NCBI GenBank assembly: GCA_965203905.1
Contig: CBDBDQ010000005.1
Span: forward strand, 3,648,001-3,712,000
Direction of reading: 5' to 3'
DNA length: 64,000 nucleotides
Source: Spirochaetia bacterium
GTDB taxonomy: Bacteria > Spirochaetota > Spirochaetia > SZUA-6 > Bin103
Part shown: positions 48,990 to 58,449 of the stretch, piece by piece
Layout of the letters: each line of letters starts with the position of its first letter
Numbering within the stretch: the stretch's first letter is position 1
The notes under the pieces: generated by a model
What the model was told of the DNA's origin: nothing
Seen by the model: only the letters and a program-made list of their open reading frames with translations
The model's database searches: none
Made by a program: the position numbers and the translations under genes

Positions 48990-49405
48990 ATCACAGCGCA
49001 TCGAAGGTCATCGTCACCGGCGCCTGCGGCGGTATCGGTGAGGCGATCGCGCGCGCCTTCGCCGGCGCCGGCGCGGCGACATCCGCGCCGCGGAGCTGGC
49101 ACACCTGGCCACGGTGCTCACTGGGCAGGGTGCGACGGTGTACCACGAAGTGGTCGACGTGACCGAAGACGCGGCGGTGCAGGCGTTCTGCCGGTCGGCC
49201 GCTGGCGCTCTCGACGTGGTCAATCAGTTCGTCAACACCGTGGGCGTCGTCGACAACATGGGCGACGTCGTGGACCTGGCGCCGGAGGTGTGGGTGTCGG
49301 CCGTCTCGTTGAAGACGTGGCGGGAGGTCTTTGCCGTGAACGTCGAGGCGGCTCTGACGGCATCGCAGCAGGCGGCGGTGCGGCAGATGTCCCGGCCGGT
49401 GCTGC
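48990..49405 (+). pseudogene. SDR oxidoreductase N-terminal remnant
   Basis: KVIVTGACGGIGEAIARAFAGAGA, frameshift, then VDVTED...LDVV...VNTVG...WREVFAVNV; no YxxxK half. Confidence 0.75.
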
Positions 49406-49633
49406 CGGCTGACGATCCAAAAAATCCCAGAAATTCGCAAGAAAAACACTTGACGCATTCTGACGCGCTCATGACGGCCCTCTACGGGCCGTAGCGGCGC
49501 TTCCGACTTTCCAGAGAACACTTCGCGCCCGCTGGCTCGACAGCGCCCTGCTACGCCCGTCCTGAGCCATCTCCGACGCCTGTCCGAGACCTGGAAGTTC
49601 GTGGCATTTTCAATTCAGTGGTATATTTACGCC

Positions 49634-50932
49634 ATGACGAACGTGACCGAAGCAGCCTCCGAAGAGCTCCTCTCCACGGTCGCCGTGCTCCCCGACCAGG
49701 TGCTGCTGGAGCGGACCAGAATGCTCGCCCGCCACGAGCAGGCGCTGCAGCTCAGCGTCCTCGACCACCTGCGCGAAATCGAGGCCCGGCGCCTGTACCT
49801 GCGCCTCGGCTACTCCAGCTTGTTCGACTACACCGTGCGCGAGTTGCACTATACCGAGGCAGCCGCGTGGCGGCGTATCAAGGCCATGCGCCTGTGCCGC
49901 GAGACCCGCGGCGTCCGCGCGTGGCTGCAGGACGGCTCGCTGAACCTGAGCAACGCCGCCCTGTTGCAGAACTCGTTCGAGCGCTGGGACCGTAGCGCAG
50001 GCGGACGGACCGCCACCGGATCGCCGGGAGCCGGCACCAACGCCGCGCCGCGTGCCGGCTCGGCTCCATCCGCGACGCCGGGCGAGGCGCAGGGTGCGCC
50101 ATCGCCGGTGCTGGATGCGCACGCCCGGCAGCGGCTGGTGGAGCAGGCGGTGGGCAAGAGCACGCGGCAGGTGCAGCAGATGCTGGCGGAGGTGGATCCC
50201 GAGGCGGCGGCGCCGGCCGAGCGGCTGCGCGCGCTGGGGGACGGGCGCTGGGAGCTGAGGGCGGTGATCGACGCCGAGTGCCAGCGTGGACTGCAGCAGT
50301 TGCGGGAGCTGCTGTCGCACGTGGATCCGCACCTGACGGTCGGGCAACTCGTCGGGCGGCTGGTGCGGGAGGGAGTGGAGCGCTACGACCCGAGCCGGCC
50401 GCCGCGCCGGAAGCGGAAGTCAGACTCTGCGGGTGGCGAGCGTCCGTCCGGGACAGCGGGGCGGGAGACGGCAGATCGCGTCGCGGCGGCGGCGGTGTCC
50501 CCTTCGGCGGCGAAGCCGCGCGTGGCAGCCGGCGATTCGACTTCGGAGCGGAGCACGGGGGGCGCAGGATCGGCGGAGCCGACTTCGGCGGCGAAGTCCC
50601 GCGTGGCAACCGGTAGTTCGACACCGGAACGGAGGACCGGCGGCGCAGGGGAGCCGACTTCGGTGGAGAAGTCCGCCAGATCGTCGGGCAGATCGATTCC
50701 GGCTGCGGTGAAACGAGAGGTTTGGCGGCGCGACCAGGGCTGCTGCACCTTCGTCGACCGGGACAGCGGGCGGCGCTGCGGCTCACGCTTCTGCCTCGAG
50801 ATGGACCACATCGTTCCGGTCGCGGTGGGCGGCGGCGCGGAGCCGGGGAACCTGGTCTTGCGCTGCGCGGCTCACCACCTTTACCGCCACCAGCGCCGGC
50901 AGCGCTCCGCACCGCGAGACTCGGTGACGTGA
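49634..50932 (+). CDS. HNH endonuclease with DUF222-like helical N-terminal region
   Basis: HLREIEARRLYLRLGYSSLFDY...EAAAWRRI N-domain; C-terminal IPAAVKREVWRRDQGCC...C...LEMDHIVP...GG...NLVLRCAAHH; leaderless extended -10 TGgTATATT-6-ATG. Confidence 0.85.
   Translation: MTNVTEAASEELLSTVAVLPDQVLLERTRMLARHEQALQLSVLDHLREIEARRLYLRLGYSSLFDYTVRELHYTEAAAWRRIKAMRLCRETRGVRAWLQDGSLNLSNAALLQNSFERWDRSAGGRTATGSPGAGTNAAPRAGSAPSATPGEAQGAPSPVLDAHARQRLVEQAVGKSTRQVQQMLAEVDPEAAAPAERLRALGDGRWELRAVIDAECQRGLQQLRELLSHVDPHLTVGQLVGRLVREGVERYDPSRPPRRKRKSDSAGGERPSGTAGRETADRVAAAAVSPSAAKPRVAAGDSTSERSTGGAGSAEPTSAAKSRVATGSSTPERRTGGAGEPTSVEKSARSSGRSIPAAVKREVWRRDQGCCTFVDRDSGRRCGSRFCLEMDHIVPVAVGGGAEPGNLVLRCAAHHLYRHQRRQRSAPRDSVT
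50500..50673 (+). repeat. in-frame tandem repeat (81/75-bp period) with palindromic core GACTTCG-N4-CGAAGTC
   Basis: Cores at 50502-50515, 50581-50598 and 50656-50673, encoding PSAAK, TSAAK and TSVEK. Confidence 0.75.
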
Positions 50933-50947
50933 GGCAAGGTGCCGCTG

Positions 50948-51172
50948 GGGTGCATTCCGTCAGTGTGGTAGCGGTCAGGCCGCCTCGAGCTGGGTCTGGG
51001 TGGGTCTGGGTGGATTCTGGGGTGGGCGATGAGGGAAGCAGGCTTTCGTAGTCGTCCCAGAAGCGACGACTCATCACCGGGGTAGATGCTTACCACATCA
51101 TCGAATCTCTGGGAGGGGTCTCTATTTCCCGTACCACAGATGCCGCAGGTGCCACAGAGAAAGAATGCACCC
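50948..51172 (-). mobile_element. 225-bp internally deleted ISKra4 derivative (MITE-like) with both ends
   Basis: First ~60 bp nearly identical to 48708-48766, plus a TGGGTCTGGG duplication; keeps the transposase tail VMSRRFWDDYE...; other IR at 51152-51172. Confidence 0.75.
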
Positions 51173-51228
51173 GGTTGATCGCAATGATCGTCGGTTGCGC
51201 TCATCGCGAAGTTGCGTGAGGATTCGTC

Positions 51229-51876
51229 ATGGTGAATATCCCGGTCGCAAAGCCCAAGAGCGGGGTCACGCTGGAAGACTACGGCATCGTCCTGCCTGCC
51301 AAGGTACGGGAGCTGATAGCGTGCGTGCTGCTCTCGGAAGAGGATATACAGCGCAGGGTTGAGGAGCTGGCGAAGGAGATCGGCAGGACCTATGCCGGAG
51401 AAGAAGAGCTGATCCTGCTGCCCATCCTGACCGGCGCGGTGTTCCTGGCCACCGATATCGGCAGGGCCTTGGCCAGAACCAGCTCACTGAACATCAAGTA
51501 CGACCTGACCAAGGCCTCCTCCTACGAGAGCAAGAAGCAACAGGCGGTACAGATTCAACTGGAGCCGGTCGGCGTCCAGGGCAAGAGCGTCCTGCTGCTG
51601 GATGACGTGCTAGACCGCGGCACCACCATGGCCACGCTGCGCGCCAAGCTGCAGGAGTGGGGTGCCAAGGACATCAGGGCGTGTGTGATGTTCAACAAGC
51701 TGCCGAGAGACCCCGATCAGGAGGTGCTGACGCAACGGCGGGCGGCCAGCCCCGAGTTCGTCGGCTTCGAGGTTCCGGTGATCGACGGCCAGAGTCCCTG
51801 GATCGGCGGCTACGGCCTGGACTCCACCAACACCTATCACCTGCGGCACCTGCCCTGCCTGGTCGCGATCAAGTAG
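51229..51876 (+). CDS. hypoxanthine phosphoribosyltransferase-like type I PRTase
   Basis: LLSEEDIQRRVEELAKEI, ILTGA, VLLLDDVLDRGTTM (PRPP motif), GFEVP, GYGLD, RHLP. Confidence 0.8.
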   Translation: MVNIPVAKPKSGVTLEDYGIVLPAKVRELIACVLLSEEDIQRRVEELAKEIGRTYAGEEELILLPILTGAVFLATDIGRALARTSSLNIKYDLTKASSYESKKQQAVQIQLEPVGVQGKSVLLLDDVLDRGTTMATLRAKLQEWGAKDIRACVMFNKLPRDPDQEVLTQRRAASPEFVGFEVPVIDGQSPWIGGYGLDSTNTYHLRHLPCLVAIK

Positions 51877-51883
51877 CGACGGG

Positions 51884-52830
51884 TCACGTCTCGGTGTCCA
51901 CGTACCAGGCGGGGTCGTGCGGCAGGAACTCCTGCGTCGTCCAGGTGAGGTCGCGCGGGATCACCTCGCGATAGATCGGATTGGCGACGCGTACCGGCGT
52001 GTCGCGCGCCACCAGCCCCAGGTCGCGCACGTACCGCAGGTCGTCGGGGCGGATGGTCGTGGTCGTCTCGGTGCCGCTCAGCAGCGGGCCGATCACCCGC
52101 CGCACGCGCTCCTCCTGCAGCTTGTCGGTGAGCTGGTCCAGATGGGTCTCCCGACGCAGGATGATCCGCTCGCGGGCGGAGTGGATCGCCTCGGCGGTGA
52201 TGACCCGGCCGCGGTCGTGCGCCGCCGCGTCGGCGAAGCACGCCTCCTGAGCCAAGGCGTTGACCAGCCACGGCTGGCCGGCGGTCAGCTCCCACACGGC
52301 TTGCAGCGCCACGTCAGCGAACCGCTGCCCGGTCTCCGCGGTGTGCTGCGCGAGCAGATCGCATACGTCCGCTTCCGAAAAGTCGCCGATGCGCAGCGAG
52401 GCGGCCTTGACGTTGAATGCGCTGCCGCCGGTGATCACCTCGCGCACGTCACGGACGCCGCACAGGATCACGCTCTGCGGGAAGCCGCCTGGCCGTTCGT
52501 CGTAGCCGGCGCGCAACTGGCGCAGGACGGCGATCAGCGTGTCGCCGACCAGCGTGTCGATCTCGTCGATCAGCAGCACCGCAGGTGCGGAGTCCGCCTC
52601 CGCCCAGCGCACCAGCACCTCCTGCAGCGCCCCCTCCGGGCCGAACGTCGTCAGGATGCCGGGCCAGAGGGGCGCCAGGGACTCGTCCCCCAGGGTCCTG
52701 CGCGCGCATGCCCCGCTCGACATGCTCGCGCGCGGTCTGGGCGGACTCGACGTTCACGTAGACGCAGCGGCAGGCGCCCTCGGTTCCGCCGTTCAGCAGG
52801 TCGCGCAGCGCCGAACCGTAGACGTAGAGG
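51884..52830 (-). pseudogene. AAA-like ATP-binding protein remnant
   Basis: ALRDLLNG...CVYVNVESAQ, frameshift, VLLIDEID (Walker B), GGSAFNVK, GQPWLVNAL, RRETHLDQL, ANPIYREV; Walker A and C-terminus absent. Confidence 0.75.
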
Positions 52831-52943
52831 CAGCGCTCCACGCGCTTCGGCTCGGAGACCGATGTCCGTCCAGCCCCCGTCGTCGACGTCGTCGGGTTGC
52901 CCCCGGCTTTCGGCCGTACGATGTACACTGCCAACCATGCAGG

Positions 52944-55900
52944 GTGGTTGCCGAAGCCAGGGATTTTCACGGGGATGGCCTCGTCGCCGGCGCGCTGGTC
53001 CGGTGGGTTCGGCGCGCAGGGTATGGAGTGATTACCGAGGTCGGAGCGACGAGCATCCGCGTCCGATGGGATGACCCGCACGCGCCTGTTCAGTTCAAGC
53101 TCCTCAACCCGCCCCTGCTGCGAGTCGAACTAGCTCCCGGTCACGTGGTCGAATTGAGATCCACGGGTGAAACCGGCGCCGTCCTGAGCCTGGCGTCGCC
53201 GTCGCCGCCGGTGTGGCAAGTGTTCGTTACTCCCTTGAACGGCCAGCCGCCGCGGACGCTCAACGTGCCGGAGACTGACCTGCGGCCGGTACCCGTCATC
53301 GATCCCGTCGAGCGGTTCAGGAGCGGCAACATCGGCTCGCTTCGGCAATACCGGCTCCGGGAAACCACCCTGTGGTACCAGGAGCGCCACCGGTACGACG
53401 ATCTCGTCTCGCTGGGACGGGTGGGGGTGGATCTGAAGGCGCATCAGGTAGCGGTCGTCCACCGGGTGATCTCCGAGTATCCGCACCGCTTCCTGTTGTG
53501 CGACGAGGTTGGCCTCGGCAAGACTATCGAAGCCGGCATGGTACTGAAGGAACTGCGCGCCAGGGGCGGCGCCGAGCGCGTGCTCGCGATTGTTCCCCCA
53601 AACCTGTTGCGTCAGTGGCAATTCGAGATGAAGACCAAGTTCAACGAGAGATTCTCGATATTGAACAGCGCTACCGTGTCCTTCCTGAAGAACCAGGGGT
53701 TCGATGACAATCCGTTCACGTATGGCGACAGCGTGCTGTGCTCGTCGAAGTGGGTTGCCCACCCCAAGTGGGCTGCGGCGTGCGCTGCGGTCGATTGGGA
53801 TCTGGTGATCGTGGATGAGGCTCATCACGTCCGCAGCCGCCGAGAGGGGACTCGCTTACGTAGAACCCGCCTTTACAATCTGGTTCGTGATCTTGCGCCG
53901 CCCGAACACCTGACGCGTGGCATGCTGTTCCTCACCGCCACGCCCATGCAACTCCATACCCACGAGCTCTACTCTCTCGTAGAGTTGCTCGACCCCACTC
54001 TGTTCTCTTCGGAACGTCATTTCGACAGCCATCGCAAGGCGATTCCGGGGCTCTCCCTGCTGGTCGAACGGCTGCTGCACCACGGTGAATTTCCATTGCC
54101 GCAGGAGGATCCGAAAGCGACGACCGGGCAGGTCGCCCGGTGGCTCGAGCAGGGGAGCGATGAAGCCGCCCGGCGACTAGGCGACCCGGCAGGGCGCGAG
54201 CAGCTCGCAGCCGATCTGTCCGCCCGTCATCTGTTGAGCCGGGTGATGATACGCAACCGCAAGGAGATCGTGGGCGGGTTCATGCCGCGCCAAGCGTATC
54301 GCTGGAAGGTCGAGCTGACTGACCGGGAGCATGTTGCGTTGCGTGCCGTGACAGCCTACGTCGAGTTCGGATTTCAGCTCGCGGAAAACCCGGAATTCAG
54401 GGCGATCGGTTTCGTGATGGCGACCTATCAGAAGTTGATGGCATCCAGCGTGGCCGCCGTCCGGCTGGCTCTCGAGAGGCGCCGGCAATAGATACTGAAG
54501 GACTTTGCCACACCGGAGCCGCCGGAGGATCTCGAGACGTGGCTGGACGAGGACGGCGCGGTGGTCGATGCGCTCGGACGGTACCCGGTGGTGAGCGATG
54601 CGGCCGCCGCTGAACTCTCTTTGCTCGACGACGCCGTGACAGCGCTCGGTCTCGTAGCGGACGACTCCAAGGCGCACGTGCTCGCCGATCGGCTCCACAC
54701 CTTGTTCGCCGAGCAGCCGCACGCCAAGGTGCTCGTATTCACCGAGTTTCGCGAAACCCAACGGTTTCTCCGGGAGCTATTGGGGGGCCGGGGTTGGGCC
54801 ATCAACCTGTTTCACGGGCAGCTTGCCGCCGACGAGAAGGACGCCGCCGTGGCCCGCTTCAGGAGTGGCGACGGGCCGCAGATTCTCATCAGTACCGAAG
54901 CCGGCGGCGAAGGCAGAAACCTGCAATTCTGCCACCTGCTGGTCAACTACGACCTGCCATGGAATCCGATGCGAATCGAGCAGAGGATCGGGCGGCTGGA
55001 TCGTATCGGCCAGGAGCGGGTGGTGAGCATCTTCAACTTCGAGGTGAAGGATACGATCGTAGAACGCATCCTTGATGTGCTGGAACACCGTATCGGGTTG
55101 TTCGAGGAGACGGTGGGCGGCCTCGATCCGATCCTCGGCAATACCGAGCAGGAGATCCGCAGGGTCATGCGCCTCGCGGAAGAGAAGAAGACCCAGGCAT
55201 TCGCGGAGTTGGGAAGGCGCCTGGAGCGCGACGTCGCCCGCGCGCGGCGGGCTAGCACGCAACTCGGTGACTTCATCATGGACACCAAGTCGTTCCGACG
55301 GGAGATTGCGGAGCGCGTCGCTGGACGACCGGCGACGGTCGACAATGCCCGTTTCGAGCGCTTCATCCAAGAACTCCTGGGCGCAGCAGGAACGCGCGTG
55401 AAGCGAACCGGCGATGGCTACGAGCTTACGTTCCGCGGCGAATTCCGGGAAACGCATGCGAAGCTGCTACCGGGTGGGGCGAGGATGGCTGCGGTGCTCC
55501 GTCCGGATCTGCGGCCGGACGCCGAGAGCGTGGAGTACATGGCATTCGGTCACCCGGTCATTGATGCGATCGTCGATCAGGTTCTCGAAGATGGCTACGC
55601 CGGTACGACCGGTACCCGCCGCATCCGTGCGGACCGGCAGCTTGCTCCCGTCAGCGGCTGGTTGTTTACGTTTCAGTTTACGGCGCCCGGCGTGCGGACA
55701 GGGAACATCTCGTGCCGGTGTTGGTGAGCGACATCGGCCGCGTCGATACGGAAGCCGGCCGCCTCATCATGGAGCGGGGAGGCTCGTTCGACCCCGAAGA
55801 GCGGGAGATCGATAGATCGCGCATCCCCGCCAACCTCGATAACGCGGTGCTCCTGGCAAACGATTTCGCCCATGCCGAGCAGCGGAAACTGCAACAAGAC

Positions 55901-56257
55901 GCCGAGCGCAAGGCAGGTCCCCGGGTCGATGAGGAAGTGGGCAGAATCGAGGCGTGGTTCGCCTATCGAGAACGAGTGGCCCGTGATCGTGTAGCCGCAA
56001 CCTGCGCCACGTTGCATCGCCTCCGTGGCAGTGACGACGATGCGACGCGGCGGATTCTTCGCGTGTGGGAGGCAAATCTGCGGCGCGACGAGGAACTTCC
56101 CAACCGGCTCGCAGCCGAGCGTCGGCGCCGCATCGCCGCTGCGGAGCAGTTCCGCCACCCGCAGGTTTCGTGGGCGTTGAAGTCCCTCGGCAGAATCGAG
56201 GTGGTAGCGCCGGTCGCTGCCGCTGGTACCCGGGCGCCTGGCACCCGTTTCCGCTGA
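52944..56257 (+). pseudogene. RapA/HepA-like SNF2 helicase interrupted by an in-frame TAG (54489-54491) and a frameshift (~55703)
   Basis: LLCDEVGLGKT, DEAH, TATP, then in the same frame after the TAG: FTEFRETQ, STEAGGEGRNLQ, YDLPWNPMRIEQRIGR; the tail continues in another frame (55712-56257). Start inferred. Confidence 0.8.
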
Positions 56258-56288
56258 ATGCCTGAAACGTGCCGGGGCCGTGGCATTC

Positions 56289-57215
56289 CTACCGCTTTCG
56301 ACGCACCACCCCCGTGGGGCCGACCAGCAGGACGTCGCCGCGGCGCAACTCGTGCTCCGCATGGCGCAGTGCCCGTTCCGGCTCGATCGCCACGATCGTG
56401 GCGTTGTCGGTGAGCGCCTCGTGCGCGAGCCGTTTCCAGATCTCCTCGACGCTGTGCCGCGCGCTCCAACGCGGCTCGCCGTCCCCTTCCTCGAAGGCGG
56501 CGGCTCCCGCAGGCAGCACGGGGTCGTGGGCACCGTCCGAGGTCAGGACGTAGCGGCCGCCGCGCGGGGTGTGCAGGACGTGGCGCTCGGCCAGGATGCC
56601 GTCCGGCACGCCGATGACGTCGATCAGGCTGTTGTCCGGCCGCGTCGGCCGATAGGGTCCCGCCGGGCGGCCCGTGGCAAGGCGATCGAGCTCCGCGGCA
56701 TGTCCGGCCTCGGTATGATCGGAGGTTAGGCAGCGGAAGGGGCGCCCGGGCTCGACCAGATGCGCGCGGGTGTCGCCGATGTGCACCAGCATCCCGCCGC
56801 CCGGGTCCCAGACCGCGGCGGTGAGGGTGGTGCCGCCGCGGCCGCGAAGCGCTTCCAGCACTTCCCGCTGCGCCGCCTCCAGGGCACTGGCGAGCATGTC
56901 GCGCGGTGAATCGAGGCGGCCCGAGAGGCAGCGCTCGACCACGACGCGGACCGTGTGCCGGCTCGACCAGCCGCCGCCCTGCATGCCGCCCATGCCGTCA
57001 GCGATCACCGCCGCGCAGCGCGGCGAGAAGCCGAAGGCGGGGATCCACAGCAACGCGGCGCCACAGTCCTGCTGGTCGGCGCGCGGACCCTGCTGCATGG
57101 CTGTCGCCAACGTGTCGCCGGCGGCGGAGTGGATCGCCCCGTCCGTGTGGCCTGACAGGCTGATCGCGCCGTCGATCCACGCGCGCAACTCTTTGGAGTG
57201 CCTTCGTATAGCCAT
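56289..57215 (-). CDS. PP2C/PPM-family Ser/Thr phosphatase
   Basis: RADQQD, VIADGMGG, GTT, GDTR, TSDH, TSDG, DNAT motifs. Confidence 0.85.
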   Translation of the reverse strand: MAIRRHSKELRAWIDGAISLSGHTDGAIHSAAGDTLATAMQQGPRADQQDCGAALLWIPAFGFSPRCAAVIADGMGGMQGGGWSSRHTVRVVVERCLSGRLDSPRDMLASALEAAQREVLEALRGRGGTTLTAAVWDPGGGMLVHIGDTRAHLVEPGRPFRCLTSDHTEAGHAAELDRLATGRPAGPYRPTRPDNSLIDVIGVPDGILAERHVLHTPRGGRYVLTSDGAHDPVLPAGAAAFEEGDGEPRWSARHSVEEIWKRLAHEALTDNATIVAIEPERALRHAEHELRRGDVLLVGPTGVVRRKR

Positions 57216-57366
57216 GCCGCAGCTTCGACAGCGTAGTGCGGCGGCGCCGAGCTGTACAGCACACAGTGTCACGGTGTTCGAACGCCTATCCCGCTTCGCT
57301 CACCGGCAGCGTGTCGATCATCCGTTCGTCGGCGCCACCGGCTTGCCGTCCGAGCCGGCAAGTGGG

Positions 57367-58293
57367 TCAGGTGAGCTTCTGACGCAGCACCCCCTTGGGG
57401 CCGACCAGCACTACGTCGCCGAATCGCATACCTTCTTCTTCCGCTCGTTGCAGAACCCGTCCGGGCTCGATCGCGACGACCGTCGCATTGTCGGTGAGCG
57501 TCTCATTGGCGAGCCGCGTCCAGATCGCCTCGATGCTCCGTCGAGCAGACCAGGGCTTCTCGTCTCGCCCTTCTTCGAAGGCCTCGGCAATCGCCCACCG
57601 AACCGGGTCGTGCGCACCGTCCGTGGTCATGACGTATCTGCCGTCGCGCGGGGTATGCAGGACGTGGCGTTCGGACAACACGCCGTGCCGCACGCCGATG
57701 GCGTCGATCAGGCTGCTGTCCGGTTCGGTCGGCCGGTACGGTTCGGTCGGCCGTGCGGCGGCCAGCCGGTCGAGCGCGTCGGAATCTCCCGCCCTGGTGT
57801 GATCGGCGGTCAGGCACCGGAGTGGGCGACCGGGTTCGATCAGGTACGCACGGGTGTCACCGGTGTGGACGAGCATCCCGCTGCGCCGCTTCCACACCGC
57901 GGCGGTCAGGGTCGTGCCGCCGCGGCCGCCGAGCGCGGCGAGCACCTCCCGCTGCGCGTCGGCCAGAGCGCTCGCGAGCCTGTCGCGCGGCGTGTCGTAA
58001 TCGCCGAAGAGGCACCGCTCCACGACGATCTCGACCGACCGCCGGCTTGCCCAGCCGCCGTCCTCCATGCCTCCCATGCCATCCGCGATCACCGCCGCAC
58101 AGTGCGGCGAGAGCACGCCGCCGCGTGGAATCCAGAGCACTGCCGCCACGCAGTCCTGCTGCTCCGGGCGCGGCCCTTGCTGCATGCCGATCGCCATCGC
58201 GTCGTCCACGGCGGCGTGGATCGCTCCGTCCGTATGGCCGACAAGGCCGACGGCTTCGCTGATCCACGCGCCGAGGTCATTGGACTTACCCAT
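57367..58293 (-). CDS. PP2C/PPM-family phosphatase, tandem paralog
   Basis: RPEQQD, VIADGMGG, GTT, GDTR, TADH, TTDG, DNAT; GAGGAGG RBS; colinear with its neighbour. Confidence 0.85.
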   Translation of the reverse strand: MGKSNDLGAWISEAVGLVGHTDGAIHAAVDDAMAIGMQQGPRPEQQDCVAAVLWIPRGGVLSPHCAAVIADGMGGMEDGGWASRRSVEIVVERCLFGDYDTPRDRLASALADAQREVLAALGGRGGTTLTAAVWKRRSGMLVHTGDTRAYLIEPGRPLRCLTADHTRAGDSDALDRLAAARPTEPYRPTEPDSSLIDAIGVRHGVLSERHVLHTPRDGRYVMTTDGAHDPVRWAIAEAFEEGRDEKPWSARRSIEAIWTRLANETLTDNATVVAIEPGRVLQRAEEEGMRFGDVVLVGPKGVLRQKLT

Positions 58294-58449
58294 GGTACGC
58301 AAGCCTCCTCGTATGCGCGGACTGACTGCGCCAGTATGCACCGGAGACTCCCACCATGGCGAGCACAACCGGATGACGATCGACCTGATTGCGGGCGATG
58401 AGCCCTGACCGTGCGAGTCGCGAAAGCGCCGCTCCGCGGGTCGTAATGT

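Larger units (their letters stand above)
48708..51172. mobile_element. ISKra4-bounded composite element with 9-bp target-site duplication
   Basis: Outer IRs GGGTGCATTCCGTCACTGTGG and rc GGGTGCATTCTTTCTCTGTGG (18/21 match); GGTTGATCG at 48699-48707 and 51173-51181. Confidence 0.8.

Noticed and set aside
50500-50673. HNH-internal palindromic repeats as a true CRISPR array
   Set aside because: Only three short cores, spacers resemble each other (tandem duplication), and the region is in frame within a CDS; kept as a non-CRISPR finding.
54489-54491. In-frame TAG as pyrrolysine or stop-codon reassignment
   Set aside because: Many intact genes here end in TAG, no pyl genes are in the window, and the same gene also has a frameshift.
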